Part shown: in pieces, positions 1 to 8,991 of the stretch | Numbering within the stretch: position 1 is the first letter of the stretch | Layout of the letters: every line of letters begins with the position of its first letter | Assembly: GCA_949372605.1 (NCBI GenBank) | Contig: CASIAE010000005.1 | Location: forward strand, 10,009 to 74,008 | From: an uncultured Flavobacteriaceae bacterium | GTDB taxonomy: Bacteria; Bacteroidota; Bacteroidia; Flavobacteriales; Flavobacteriaceae | Reading direction: 5' to 3' | DNA length: 64,000 bases | Notes under the pieces: generated by a model | The model's database searches: none | What the model was told of the DNA's origin: nothing | The model's input: the letters and a program-made list of their open reading frames with translations, nothing else | Program-made: the position numbers and the translations under genes

Positions 1-942
1 GCCGAAAAGGTTCTCGTTGGGATTGCCGAAGGCAAATACAACCCTAGTGAGATTGCTTCATTTTTGACGGTTTTTATGATGAGAAGCATTACACTTAAGG
101 AATTAGAAGGTTTTAGAAATGCTTTGCTAAAGCTTTGCCTTGCCATCGACCTAAGTGAATTCTCACCCATTGATCTTTGCGGAACGGGCGGAGATGGAAA
201 AGACACTTTCAATATTTCCACATTAGCATCGTTTGTAACAGCAGGAGCTGGAATCAAAGTTGCTAAACACGGAAATTATGGGGTATCATCTGGTTGTGGA
301 TCAAGTAATGTTTTAGAACATATGGGAATTAAATTTTCAAATGATGCTGACTTTTTAAAGCGATGCATTGACCAAGCGGGTATTTGTAATCTTCACGCTC
401 CATTGTTTCACCCTGCTATGAAAAACGTTGCACCCATAAGAAGAGAACTCGGCGTCAAAACATTTTTCAACATGTTAGGACCACTAGTAAATCCTTCATT
501 TCCCAAGCATCAACTAACAGGTGTTTTCAATCTCGAATTGGCCAGACTTTATGGATATCTTTTTCAGAAAACTGATCAAAACTTTACCATATTGTATGCG
601 TTGGATGGTTATGATGAAATTTCATTGACTGGACCCACCAAAGCACTACGAAATTCAGGAGAAAGTTTAATTCACCCGGAAGACTTTGGGCTTAACTCTT
701 TGGATGCCTCAGAGATTGCTGGCGGAGATAACATCTCCTCTTCTGCAAAAATTTTCAAAGAAGTTATTAAAGGGAAAGCAACTCAAGCACAACAAAATGT
801 TGTCTGTGCTAATGCAGCCATGGCAATTGCTACAGTTTTAGAATGTTCCCCAAAAGAAGGTTTTGAAAAAGCTAAAGAATCTTTACTTTCGGGAAAAGCT
901 AATCAAGCATTAATCACCCTTCAAAAACTGAGTGCTGAATGA
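1..942 (+). CDS. trpD: Anthranilate phosphoribosyltransferase TrpD (5' end outside window)
   Basis: The frame is open from base 1 (AEKVLVGIAEGKYNPSEIASF...), so ORF 64..942 is only the in-window part. Has the CGTGGDGKDTFNIST motif. Its stop overlaps the trpC start (ATGA at 939-942), and trpC-F-B-A follow. Confidence 0.9.
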   Translation, partial: AEKVLVGIAEGKYNPSEIASFLTVFMMRSITLKELEGFRNALLKLCLAIDLSEFSPIDLCGTGGDGKDTFNISTLASFVTAGAGIKVAKHGNYGVSSGCGSSNVLEHMGIKFSNDADFLKRCIDQAGICNLHAPLFHPAMKNVAPIRRELGVKTFFNMLGPLVNPSFPKHQLTGVFNLELARLYGYLFQKTDQNFTILYALDGYDEISLTGPTKALRNSGESLIHPEDFGLNSLDASEIAGGDNISSSAKIFKEVIKGKATQAQQNVVCANAAMAIATVLECSPKEGFEKAKESLLSGKANQALITLQKLSAE

Positions 943-1724
943 CAATTTTAGATAAAATTATCGCTGACAAGAATATAGAAGTCGCGCAAAGAAAAGCGTT
1001 ATTCCCAGTTTCTTTTTGGGAACAGTCCCCTTTGTTTGAAAAAGCAACTGTTTCAATTTCTGAATGTTTAAAAAACAGTACTTCGGGCATAATCGGCGAA
1101 CACAAAAGAAGATCCCCATCGCGAGAGAACATCAACAGTAGCCTTTCTATTGCTGATGTTGCCAAAGGCTATGAATCCGCTGGTGTATCGGGAATGTCTG
1201 TATTAACTGACACCAAATACTTTGGAGGTTGTTTGGGCGATCTGATCGCAGCAAGGGCAGTCACTCAATTTCCTTTGCTTAGAAAAGAATTTATTATTGA
1301 TTGTTATCAGATTCTAGAGGCAAAGGCGCATGGCGCTGATGTCATCCTTTTGATTGCAGCTGTTTTAAATAAAAATCAGATAAAAGAACTTTCTGAATTT
1401 GCTCAAAGCCTTGGACTTGAAGTTCTTCTTGAAGTTCACAATGCAGAAGAATTGGAAAAATCAATAATGCCCAGTCTGAATCTGTTGGGTGTAAATAATC
1501 GTAACTTAAAAACCTTTGAAGTTTCTCTAGAAACCAGCAAAGTATTGGCGAAGAAGATCCCAGACGATTTTATCAAAGTATCTGAAAGTGGGATTAGTGA
1601 TGTTGAATCCATTAAAGATTTGAAAAAATACGGCTATAAAGGGTTTTTGATTGGTGAGAATTTTATGAAAACTGAAAATCCAGGTGCAAGTGCAGTGGAT
1701 TTCATAAAAAAGCTTGAACAATGA
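939..1724 (+). CDS. trpC: Indole-3-glycerol phosphate synthase
   Basis: Has the LLRKEFIIDCYQILEAKAHGADVILLI motif. Sits in the trp operon with ATGA overlaps on both sides. Confidence 0.9.
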   Translation: MTILDKIIADKNIEVAQRKALFPVSFWEQSPLFEKATVSISECLKNSTSGIIGEHKRRSPSRENINSSLSIADVAKGYESAGVSGMSVLTDTKYFGGCLGDLIAARAVTQFPLLRKEFIIDCYQILEAKAHGADVILLIAAVLNKNQIKELSEFAQSLGLEVLLEVHNAEELEKSIMPSLNLLGVNNRNLKTFEVSLETSKVLAKKIPDDFIKVSESGISDVESIKDLKKYGYKGFLIGENFMKTENPGASAVDFIKKLEQ

Positions 1725-2335
1725 AGTTAAAGGTTTGTGGAATGCGAAGCCACAAAAACATTCTGGCGTTATCTGATTTAAAACCAGACTATATGGGTTT
1801 CGTTTTCTGGGAACCCTCGAAAAGGTTTGTTTCAACTACAACTCCAACACTTCCAAGCAGCATCAAAAAAACAGGAGTCTTTGTTGATGAAGCATTTGAT
1901 GAAATCAAAAGTTTAATTGAAACACATCAACTGCAGGCTATTCAGTTACACGGAAACGAAAACCCTGCTTTTTGTGATCGTTTAAAAGACTTAAACGTTG
2001 AAATCATCAAAGTTTTTTCAATAAAAAAGGATTTTGATTTTTCGGCTTTAGCCCCTTATGAAAATGTTTGTGATTATTTTTTATTTGACACCAAAGGGGA
2101 ACTTCCTGGAGGCAATGGATATGCGTTTGACTGGGAGTTATTGAAATCATATCCTTCGAGCAAGCCATTTTTCCTTAGCGGAGGAATAGGAATAGATGAC
2201 CTAGCAGACTTAGAAGATATCAGTAAATTAAATTTACCGCTTTACGCTATTGATGTAAATAGTAAATTTGAAAGCGAAGCTGGAATGAAAAAAATTGAAC
2301 TATTAAAAGATTTTAAAATCGGACTTTTTAAATAA
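1721..2335 (+). CDS. trpF: Phosphoribosylanthranilate isomerase
   Basis: N-terminal MKLKVCGM and C-terminal FLSGGI motifs. Lies between trpC and trpB. Confidence 0.9.
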   Translation: MKLKVCGMRSHKNILALSDLKPDYMGFVFWEPSKRFVSTTTPTLPSSIKKTGVFVDEAFDEIKSLIETHQLQAIQLHGNENPAFCDRLKDLNVEIIKVFSIKKDFDFSALAPYENVCDYFLFDTKGELPGGNGYAFDWELLKSYPSSKPFFLSGGIGIDDLADLEDISKLNLPLYAIDVNSKFESEAGMKKIELLKDFKIGLFK

Positions 2336-3523
2336 ATGCACATGAAGTATCAAGTAGATGAAAAAGGGTTTTATGGAGATTTTGGAGGAGCTTATATCCC
2401 TGAAATGCTTTATCCCAATGTAGAGGAATTGAGACAAAACTATTTAAAAATAACTGCAGAGCCTGAATTCAAAAAAGAATTCGATTACTTGTTAAAGGAA
2501 TATGTTGGGCGTCCGACTCCTTTATATTACGCTTCAAGACTTTCGGAAAAATACAACACTAAAATTTATCTTAAGCGCGAAGATTTGTGCCATACAGGTG
2601 CTCACAAGGTGAATAACACGATTGGACAAATTCTATTGGCAAAACGTTTGGGCAAAAACAGAATCATTGCTGAAACTGGCGCTGGTCAACACGGAGTTGC
2701 AACCGCAACTGTTTGCGCATTGATGGGTATTGAATGTATCGTTTATATGGGAGCACTTGACATTAAAAGACAAGCCCCTAATGTTGCCCGCATGAAAATG
2801 CTCGGTGCAGAAGTTAGACCTGCTCAGTCAGGTAGTAAAACTCTTAAAGATGCAACTAATGAAGCCATAAGAGACTGGATCAACAACCCAGTTAACACCC
2901 ATTATATTATAGGATCAGTTGTTGGCCCTCACCCCTATCCCGATATGGTGGCACGTTTTCAGTCTGTTATCAGTGCGGAGACCAAAACCCAATTACTAGA
3001 AAAAGAAGGTCGTGATTATCCCGATCATGTAATTGCCTGTGTAGGAGGTGGAAGTAATGCGGCAGGTTTATATTATCATTATTTAGACGATAAACGAGTT
3101 AACATCATTGCAGTAGAAGCTGCTGGAAAAGGAATTGATTCTGGAGAGAGCGCTGCAACCTCAGCACTCGGGAAAGAAGGAATTATTCATGGAAGTAAAA
3201 CCTTATTAATGCAAACTCTAGATGGTCAAATCACTGAGCCTTACTCTATTTCAGCAGGCTTAGACTATCCGGGTGTAGGTCCGATGCACGCACATCTTTT
3301 CAGATCGAAGCGGGCTGAGTTTATATCCATTCCAGATCAGGAAGCAATGGACTGGGGTCTGACGCTTTCCCAAATGGAAGGAATCATCCCAGCGATTGAA
3401 ACAGCACATGCTTTTGCAGCGCTAGATATAAGGGAGTTTAAACCAAATGAAGTCGTTGTCTTCAACTGCTCAGGAAGAGGAGACAAAGACTTAGACACCT
3501 ATATTGAATATTTCAAACTATAA
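2336..3523 (+). CDS. trpB: Tryptophan synthase beta chain
   Basis: HTGAHKVNN PLP-lysine motif and GGGSNA motif. A TAATG junction with trpA at 3521-3525. Confidence 0.95.
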   Translation: MHMKYQVDEKGFYGDFGGAYIPEMLYPNVEELRQNYLKITAEPEFKKEFDYLLKEYVGRPTPLYYASRLSEKYNTKIYLKREDLCHTGAHKVNNTIGQILLAKRLGKNRIIAETGAGQHGVATATVCALMGIECIVYMGALDIKRQAPNVARMKMLGAEVRPAQSGSKTLKDATNEAIRDWINNPVNTHYIIGSVVGPHPYPDMVARFQSVISAETKTQLLEKEGRDYPDHVIACVGGGSNAAGLYYHYLDDKRVNIIAVEAAGKGIDSGESAATSALGKEGIIHGSKTLLMQTLDGQITEPYSISAGLDYPGVGPMHAHLFRSKRAEFISIPDQEAMDWGLTLSQMEGIIPAIETAHAFAALDIREFKPNEVVVFNCSGRGDKDLDTYIEYFKL

Positions 3524-4287
3524 TGAATCGAATCGATCAAACATTTCAAGGTAATAAAAAATTATTATCCATTTATTTTTCCGCTGGACACCCCTCTCTA
3601 GAAGACACTGTCCCAATTTTAAAAGCCCTAGAAGTCTCTGGAGTGGACATGGTTGAAATAGGGTTGCCCTTCAGCGACCCGCTTGCAGATGGCCCTACCA
3701 TTCAAGAAAGCTCTACTCAAGCACTTAAAAATGGTATGACTACTGAAAAACTTTTTAATCAACTAAAAGATATCCGGAGTCACGTTAACATCCCTTTGGT
3801 ATTGATGGGATATTTCAATCCAATAATGCAATTTGGAATTGAGCGTTTTTGTGAACGATGCGCTGAGGTTGGAATCGACGGACTTATAATTCCCGATCTC
3901 CCTGTGGGTTTATATAATGAGCATTACAAATCGATTTTTCAAAAACATGGCCTTTACAACATGTTTTTAATTACTCCACAAACATCCGATGAGAGAATTA
4001 GATATATTGATCAAGTGTCAGATGGTTTTATCTATATGGTCAGTAGTGCCAGTGTAACAGGAGCCAAGTCAACTTTTGGAGACACTCAATCAGATTATTT
4101 CAAGCGTATCAATTCTATGAATTTAAAAACGCCTCAGGTGGTTGGATTTGGAATAAGCAATTCGGTTACTTATCAATTGGCGACCCAATGGAGTCGAGGA
4201 GCGATAATAGGTTCAGCATTTATTAAGTTTCTTAAAGAAAATGGGGTTCAAAAAATAAATTCCTTTGTAAAATCTATTAGGGCTTGA
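3523..4287 (+). CDS. trpA: Tryptophan synthase alpha chain
   Basis: EIGLPFSDPLADGPTIQ motif. Last gene of the trp operon. Confidence 0.95.
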   Translation: MNRIDQTFQGNKKLLSIYFSAGHPSLEDTVPILKALEVSGVDMVEIGLPFSDPLADGPTIQESSTQALKNGMTTEKLFNQLKDIRSHVNIPLVLMGYFNPIMQFGIERFCERCAEVGIDGLIIPDLPVGLYNEHYKSIFQKHGLYNMFLITPQTSDERIRYIDQVSDGFIYMVSSASVTGAKSTFGDTQSDYFKRINSMNLKTPQVVGFGISNSVTYQLATQWSRGAIIGSAFIKFLKENGVQKINSFVKSIRA

Positions 4288-4620
4288 TAATATTTTACTA
4301 AAAATATTTCTGTAAAGTCTCTTTAAAATTTACAAAAAAATGTAAAAAATTATATAAAGCTTTCAGATTGTGTCAATATTGGTTTTCAACTGAAATTATC
4401 ATTTAAGTCAATTCTGTAACTCGTTATCGAAGCTGTTAAGAGCATAGAGTTGTTTTCTTATGTATGAGGACATAATTTAGGATAGAAAACTCAAAATAAA
4501 TAGATATTCAGATGCCTATATACATAAACCACCTAACTATACTGTTATCTATTCAACTATTAACACTTATTCCCGCTTCCTTGATTTCACTTCAGGTGTA
4601 ACTTTATATAATTAAGATAA

Positions 4621-4725
4621 ATGAATAAGAAAAAAGTTATATTATATGTATCGCTTTGGGCGTTGTTGATTTCTTTAGGTGGACTTGCACAACAATACTC
4701 TGACTTTCACACCACCGTCCCTTGA
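4621..4725 (+). pseudogene. 34-codon ORF that is essentially only a Bacteroidetes-type signal peptide (MNKKKVILYVSLWALLISLGGLAQQ + 9 aa); possible 5' remnant of a truncated secreted-protein gene
   Basis: ATG at 4621, TGA at 4723-4725. It overlaps the 3' end of the convergent arsS by 19 nt. No mature domain follows the signal peptide. Confidence 0.3.
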
Positions 4726-5762
4726 CAGCTACTTCCCGATCCTGCCGTACAACCATAGCAGTGTTGTGATATACAAATTTTCCTTTCTTGCAATAGCCCT
4801 AAATTAAAATTACGCAGATGCGATATTGGACTTGCTACTTTTAAGCCTAACATCTGGTTAAAGTCACAATCATAAAGCAACCCGTCCCAGCTAACGGAAA
4901 GTGTGTTGGTACACATCAGATTGGCAACTGCTTTAGGATTAAATGCTTCAACCAAAGATGACATGTAATCCTCATAGTTTTCTGAGGCAATTAAGTAATC
5001 TAGAAAACGACTGATTGGCAAATTTGTGATTGCAAATAATTGATTAAAGTCAATATTAAAATCAATTTTTAAAGCTTTCTTAAATTCTTTTTCTAAAATC
5101 TTCTCATTTGCTGGTAAAAATGCTCCTGAGGGATTGTAAACCAAATCAAGATGTAAATTACTGTTTGACTTTCCATATCCAACAGAATTTAGAAGTTTTA
5201 AAGCAGTTATAGACTGATTAAAAACTCCATCACCTCTTTGACTATCGGTTTTATTTTTTTTATAAAAAGGTAACGAGGAAATAATATGAACTTTGTTTTG
5301 TTTAAAAAAGTGAGGAAGATTATGATATTTTTTATTGGCCATAATTATTGTCAAATTAGATCGGACAATAATCTCCTCAACATCTGTCAAACGTATCTGA
5401 GTAACAAACCAAAGAAAATCAGGATGCATTTCAGGAGCGCCTCCAGTCAAATCAATAGTTTTAACCTTTGTTTTCTTTAATACATCGAGGCACAGCTCCA
5501 TTGTTTCCCTAGACATCATTTCTTTTCGGTCTGGCCCAGCATCAACGTGACAATGAGCACAAACCTGATTACACATATAGCCAACATTAACTTGAAGAAT
5601 CTCTAGTTTTAAAGGACGAGGTGCATTGAGTTCATACGCAACCAAATTGGAGTCAAACTTTGGGAGACCTCCTTCAGAGAAAATACCATTAGAAAGTATT
5701 TCTAATTGGCGTTTAGTTGAAGACAAAAGGCTATTCCTTGCTTTTAAAGATTTGGAAACCAT
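4707..5762 (-). CDS. arsS: Arsenosugar biosynthesis radical SAM/Cys-rich protein ArsS (Cys form)
   Basis: CNQVCAHC radical-SAM CxxxCxxC triad and a Cys-rich C-terminal tail CYGCTAGSGSSCQGTVV (TGT codon, not TGA). The neighbourhood contains arsM and the associated families. Confidence 0.85.
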   Translation of the reverse strand: MVSKSLKARNSLLSSTKRQLEILSNGIFSEGGLPKFDSNLVAYELNAPRPLKLEILQVNVGYMCNQVCAHCHVDAGPDRKEMMSRETMELCLDVLKKTKVKTIDLTGGAPEMHPDFLWFVTQIRLTDVEEIIVRSNLTIIMANKKYHNLPHFFKQNKVHIISSLPFYKKNKTDSQRGDGVFNQSITALKLLNSVGYGKSNSNLHLDLVYNPSGAFLPANEKILEKEFKKALKIDFNIDFNQLFAITNLPISRFLDYLIASENYEDYMSSLVEAFNPKAVANLMCTNTLSVSWDGLLYDCDFNQMLGLKVASPISHLRNFNLGLLQERKICISQHCYGCTAGSGSSCQGTVV

Positions 5763-5763
5763 A

Positions 5764-6099
5764 TTACATACTCAATTTATCGTACACATTCATCATTTGA
5801 ACGCCATGTACCAAGGAGGCACCACTACGTATGGCTGCCCCAACATGAACCGCTTCCATCATTTCAGATTTTTCAATCCCTTTCTGCAAGCCGTCACGCG
5901 TATAAGCCTCAATACAATAAGGACACTGAACTACATGAGAGACTGCAAGAGCAATCAATGATTTTTCACGGGTACTTAGAGTCCCCTCTTTAAAAACACT
6001 ATTGTAATATTCAAAAAACTTTTCACCTAAATCTGGATTCCAATCTGTGATGTTTTTAAATTTTTTCAAATCATCACTTTTATAATAATTTCTTTTCAT
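5764..6099 (-). CDS. Arsenosugar-biosynthesis-associated peroxidase-like protein (AhpD/carboxymuconolactone decarboxylase family)
   Basis: 111 aa with a VVQCPYCIEAY CxxC motif typical of the AhpD-like fold. Lies 1 nt upstream of arsS on the same strand. Confidence 0.8.
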   Translation of the reverse strand: MKRNYYKSDDLKKFKNITDWNPDLGEKFFEYYNSVFKEGTLSTREKSLIALAVSHVVQCPYCIEAYTRDGLQKGIEKSEMMEAVHVGAAIRSGASLVHGVQMMNVYDKLSM

Positions 6100-6570
6100 G
6101 AGTTTTATTTTTTTGGCAAATAATATTAATAACGCATCTGTTTTATAAAAATAATTAATGTTGAAATCCTTGAAAATAATAACGATTTTAATATTATGAA
6201 GAAGTATTAAATACTAATTTTAAAAAATTTACAATATGACAACTTCAACATCAATTATATACTTTTGGATTATCCTCAATATCTTAAAATTGATTCTATT
6301 TCATTTTTTACTTACTTCATTGTTTTTTTTAACCATTATTTATACACAAATTACTATAAAAAAACATATAAAGTTAAGATTAGTCTCTTAGAATCACAAT
6401 CAACATATCAACAAATGAATCCATATTTAATTTTCAATATTTTAAATCGAATCTCAAGTTTATTTTTATTAGGAAAATACTTTTAATTATGATTTACACC
6501 AATGGAAAAGTGTGTGTACATTGGGGTGTTTTATGCTAAAAAACAAAGTTATTTTAAGTAAATTTATTTC

Positions 6571-7179
6571 GTGAAATCACTAATCATAGTTTTCTGTAAA
6601 AACCCAACATTGGGTGGGGTAAAATCGCGATTAGCGAAAAAGATTGGGAAACATAAAGCTTTAGAAGTCTATAACTATTTATTGGCACACACTTCAGACT
6701 GCGTAAAAGAGTCTGGTTTCTCAGCTGCCGTTTTCTACAGTGAATTCATTCCCGAGGCTGACCTTTGGGATGAAGTTGCACAATATAAAGTGCTACAAGA
6801 AGGTTCTGATTTAGGAGCAAGAATGCAACTTGCTTTTCAATGGGCTTTCAACAAAGGTTTTGAGTTTGTATTAATTATCGGAAGTGATTTATGGAGCTTA
6901 AAATCAAAGGATATTGATTTGTCATTCAAGTTACTGTTAACTCATGATGTGGTCATAGGCCCAGCAAAAGATGGTGGCTATTACTTGTTAGGATTAAAGC
7001 AATTGAGAAAAAATATTTTTAAGAACATACCTTGGAGTACTGACCAAGTTTTCAGTAAAACGTTAAATGCATTAGAAGGAAATGATGTGTTTCTTCTCGA
7101 TGAAAAAAACGATATAGATATTTTAAAAGACCTTGAAGATCATCCTGATTTATTAGAAAAAATTAGACCGCATGAATAG
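6571..7179 (+). CDS. DUF2064 / TIGR04282-type arsenosugar-associated glycosyltransferase-like protein
   Basis: GTG start. The N-terminal IIVFCKNPTLGGVKSRLA motif is typical of DUF2064. First gene of the plus-strand arsenic operon, with an 8-nt overlap onto the next gene. Confidence 0.75.
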   Translation: MKSLIIVFCKNPTLGGVKSRLAKKIGKHKALEVYNYLLAHTSDCVKESGFSAAVFYSEFIPEADLWDEVAQYKVLQEGSDLGARMQLAFQWAFNKGFEFVLIIGSDLWSLKSKDIDLSFKLLLTHDVVIGPAKDGGYYLLGLKQLRKNIFKNIPWSTDQVFSKTLNALEGNDVFLLDEKNDIDILKDLEDHPDLLEKIRPHE

Positions 7180-7990
7180 GATAGAAAAACTAAAAGAATC
7201 AATCAGATTCATTAAAAAACGAGGAATAGAATCAACTGAATTTGGAATTATTCTTGGGACAGGTCTGGGGAGAATAGTAAAAAAAATTAAACACATAATC
7301 GTTCTTGATTATGAGGAAATACCCCATTTTCCGCTAACGACACTTTCCCATGATAAAGGAAAACTGATTTACGGAACATTATTTGGAAAGAAAGTTTTGG
7401 TCTTTGATGTCCGCTTCCATCTTTATGAAGCTTATGATTTTTTTGAAATCACATATTCAGTAAGAATAATGAAACTGTTGGGAGTGAAAAATTTAGTGTT
7501 AAGTAACGCTGCTGGAGCTATCAACCTTGAATTCAAAAAAGGAGAAATTATGCTGATAGAAGATCACATCAATCTTCAAGGAGGTTCACCACTTGCAATG
7601 AAAAATATTGAGGAATTTGGAGAAAGATTTGTTGACATGAGTCAACCTTATAATCAAAAATCAATCGAAATTCTTAAAACAATCGCTAGTGAAAATGAAA
7701 TTATAATGCACCAAGGTGTTTATGTAGCCGTTGTTGGTCCTCAACTAGAAACTCCGGCGGAGTATCGCTACCTTAAAATCATTGGAGCGGATGCTGTAGG
7801 CATGTCAACAGTCCCAGAAGTCATTGTGGCCAATCAATTAAAAATACCTGTAATTGCATTTTCGGTATTGACAGATTCTTGCGACCCTGACAACCTACAA
7901 CCGATTAACATTCCTGAAATAATGGACATGGCCAAGAAAGGTGAAAATACGCTTATCTTGTTGCTAGAAAAATGGATGTCTAGAATTTAA
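7172..7990 (+). CDS. Purine nucleoside phosphorylase family protein (trimeric PNP/MTAP class) with Asp at the base-specificity position
   Basis: Aligns by eye with human PNP/PunA: GTGLG, VRFHLYE, SNAAGAIN, GPQLETPAE, GMSTVPEVIVA. The ITN(K) position reads LTD(S), giving D235 at codon 7874-7876. Confidence 0.85.
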   Translation: MNRIEKLKESIRFIKKRGIESTEFGIILGTGLGRIVKKIKHIIVLDYEEIPHFPLTTLSHDKGKLIYGTLFGKKVLVFDVRFHLYEAYDFFEITYSVRIMKLLGVKNLVLSNAAGAINLEFKKGEIMLIEDHINLQGGSPLAMKNIEEFGERFVDMSQPYNQKSIEILKTIASENEIIMHQGVYVAVVGPQLETPAEYRYLKIIGADAVGMSTVPEVIVANQLKIPVIAFSVLTDSCDPDNLQPINIPEIMDMAKKGENTLILLLEKWMSRI

Positions 7991-8010
7991 TTTATAAATT
8001 AAATGAAAAA

Positions 8011-8979
8011 ATGGAATACTTAAAAACCACACACGATGTTTATAAACAGGCTGCTATAACACCAGATTTAGGGCTCTGTTGTACGACCACTCCCCTTTGG
8101 AAATTGCCAGGTTTAACAATACCAATTCGGATGCAAGAAATGAATTACGGATGCGGAAGCACAGTACACCCAAGGGATTTAAGTGGGAATCCAAAGGTGC
8201 TTTATGTGGGTGTTGGTGGTGGAATGGAATTACTACAGTTTGCTTATTTCTCTCGAGAAAAAGGAAGAGTTGTTGGAGTTGATGTTGTAGATGAAATGTT
8301 GGAAGCTTCAAAGGAAAACTTCAAACTAGCTGAAAATGAAAACGATTGGTTTAAGTCGGATTTTGTTACACTCAAAAAAGGGGACGCTTTAAACCTTCCT
8401 GTTCCAGAGAATAGCATTGATGTAGCAGCCCAAAACTGCCTTTTTAATATTTTTAAAATGACCGAGTTGAAGCAGGCTCTAAAAGAAATGTATCGCGTAC
8501 TAAAAACAAATGGACGACTCGTAATGAGTGATCCAATCTGTGATCAGCCGATGAATGAAACCTTAAGGAATGACAATAGGTTGAGGGCCTTATGTCTATC
8601 GGGTTCCATTCCTTTAAAAGAATACATTAAAATGTTAACTGATGTTGGCTTTGGAACCATTGAAATTCGTGCCAAACGACCTTATCGCATCTTAGATCCG
8701 CTAAACTACGCTACTGAAGAATTAATTTATATTGAGAGTGTAGAAGTTTGTGCTATTAAAGATCCGATGCCAGCAGATGGACCCTGCGTTTTCACTGGAA
8801 AAACAGGAATTTATTTTGGCAGTGAAGATTATTTTGATGATGGCAATGGCCATGTGCTTTTACAAAATCAACCGCTCGCTATTTGTGATAAAACAGCGAA
8901 TTCATTGTTAGAATTAAATCGAAAAGATATTTTTATTTCACATGCAACATTCCATTACGATGGTGGAGGATGTTGCTGA
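8011..8979 (+). CDS. arsM: Arsenite S-adenosylmethionine methyltransferase, arsenosugar-cluster type
   Basis: SAM-binding VLYVGVGGGME motif, an N-terminal LCC cysteine pair, further conserved Cys residues (NYGCGS, PICDQP) and a C-terminal GGGCC. Sits in an operon with arsS-associated genes. Confidence 0.8.
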   Translation: MEYLKTTHDVYKQAAITPDLGLCCTTTPLWKLPGLTIPIRMQEMNYGCGSTVHPRDLSGNPKVLYVGVGGGMELLQFAYFSREKGRVVGVDVVDEMLEASKENFKLAENENDWFKSDFVTLKKGDALNLPVPENSIDVAAQNCLFNIFKMTELKQALKEMYRVLKTNGRLVMSDPICDQPMNETLRNDNRLRALCLSGSIPLKEYIKMLTDVGFGTIEIRAKRPYRILDPLNYATEELIYIESVEVCAIKDPMPADGPCVFTGKTGIYFGSEDYFDDGNGHVLLQNQPLAICDKTANSLLELNRKDIFISHATFHYDGGGCC

Positions 8980-8991
8980 AAATTAATTATT

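Noticed and set aside
4707-4760. Possible selenocysteine (TGA) in the ArsS Cys-rich tail, since the family has selenoprotein members
   Set aside because: The codon in GSSCQG is TGT (Cys), and the ORF reads through without an in-frame TGA. This is the Cys form, so there is no reason to look for a SECIS element.
5286-5961. ORFs 5286..5480 and 5626..5961 on the plus strand
   Set aside because: They are entirely antisense to the well-supported arsS and AhpD-like genes, and their sequences have no recognisable motifs. This is typical shadow-ORF behaviour.
6265-6486. A 73-aa ORF in the divergent spacer of the arsenic island
   Set aside because: It has a TTG start and an extreme Y/F/N/K/I low-complexity composition that mirrors the AT-rich DNA. 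It has no motif and no coupling to its neighbours, so it is most likely a compositional artefact.
8054-8311. ORFs 8054..8311 (-) and 8079..8282 (+) inside arsM
   Set aside because: They are alternative-frame or antisense ORFs inside a gene with clear SAM-methyltransferase motifs, and have no independent support.
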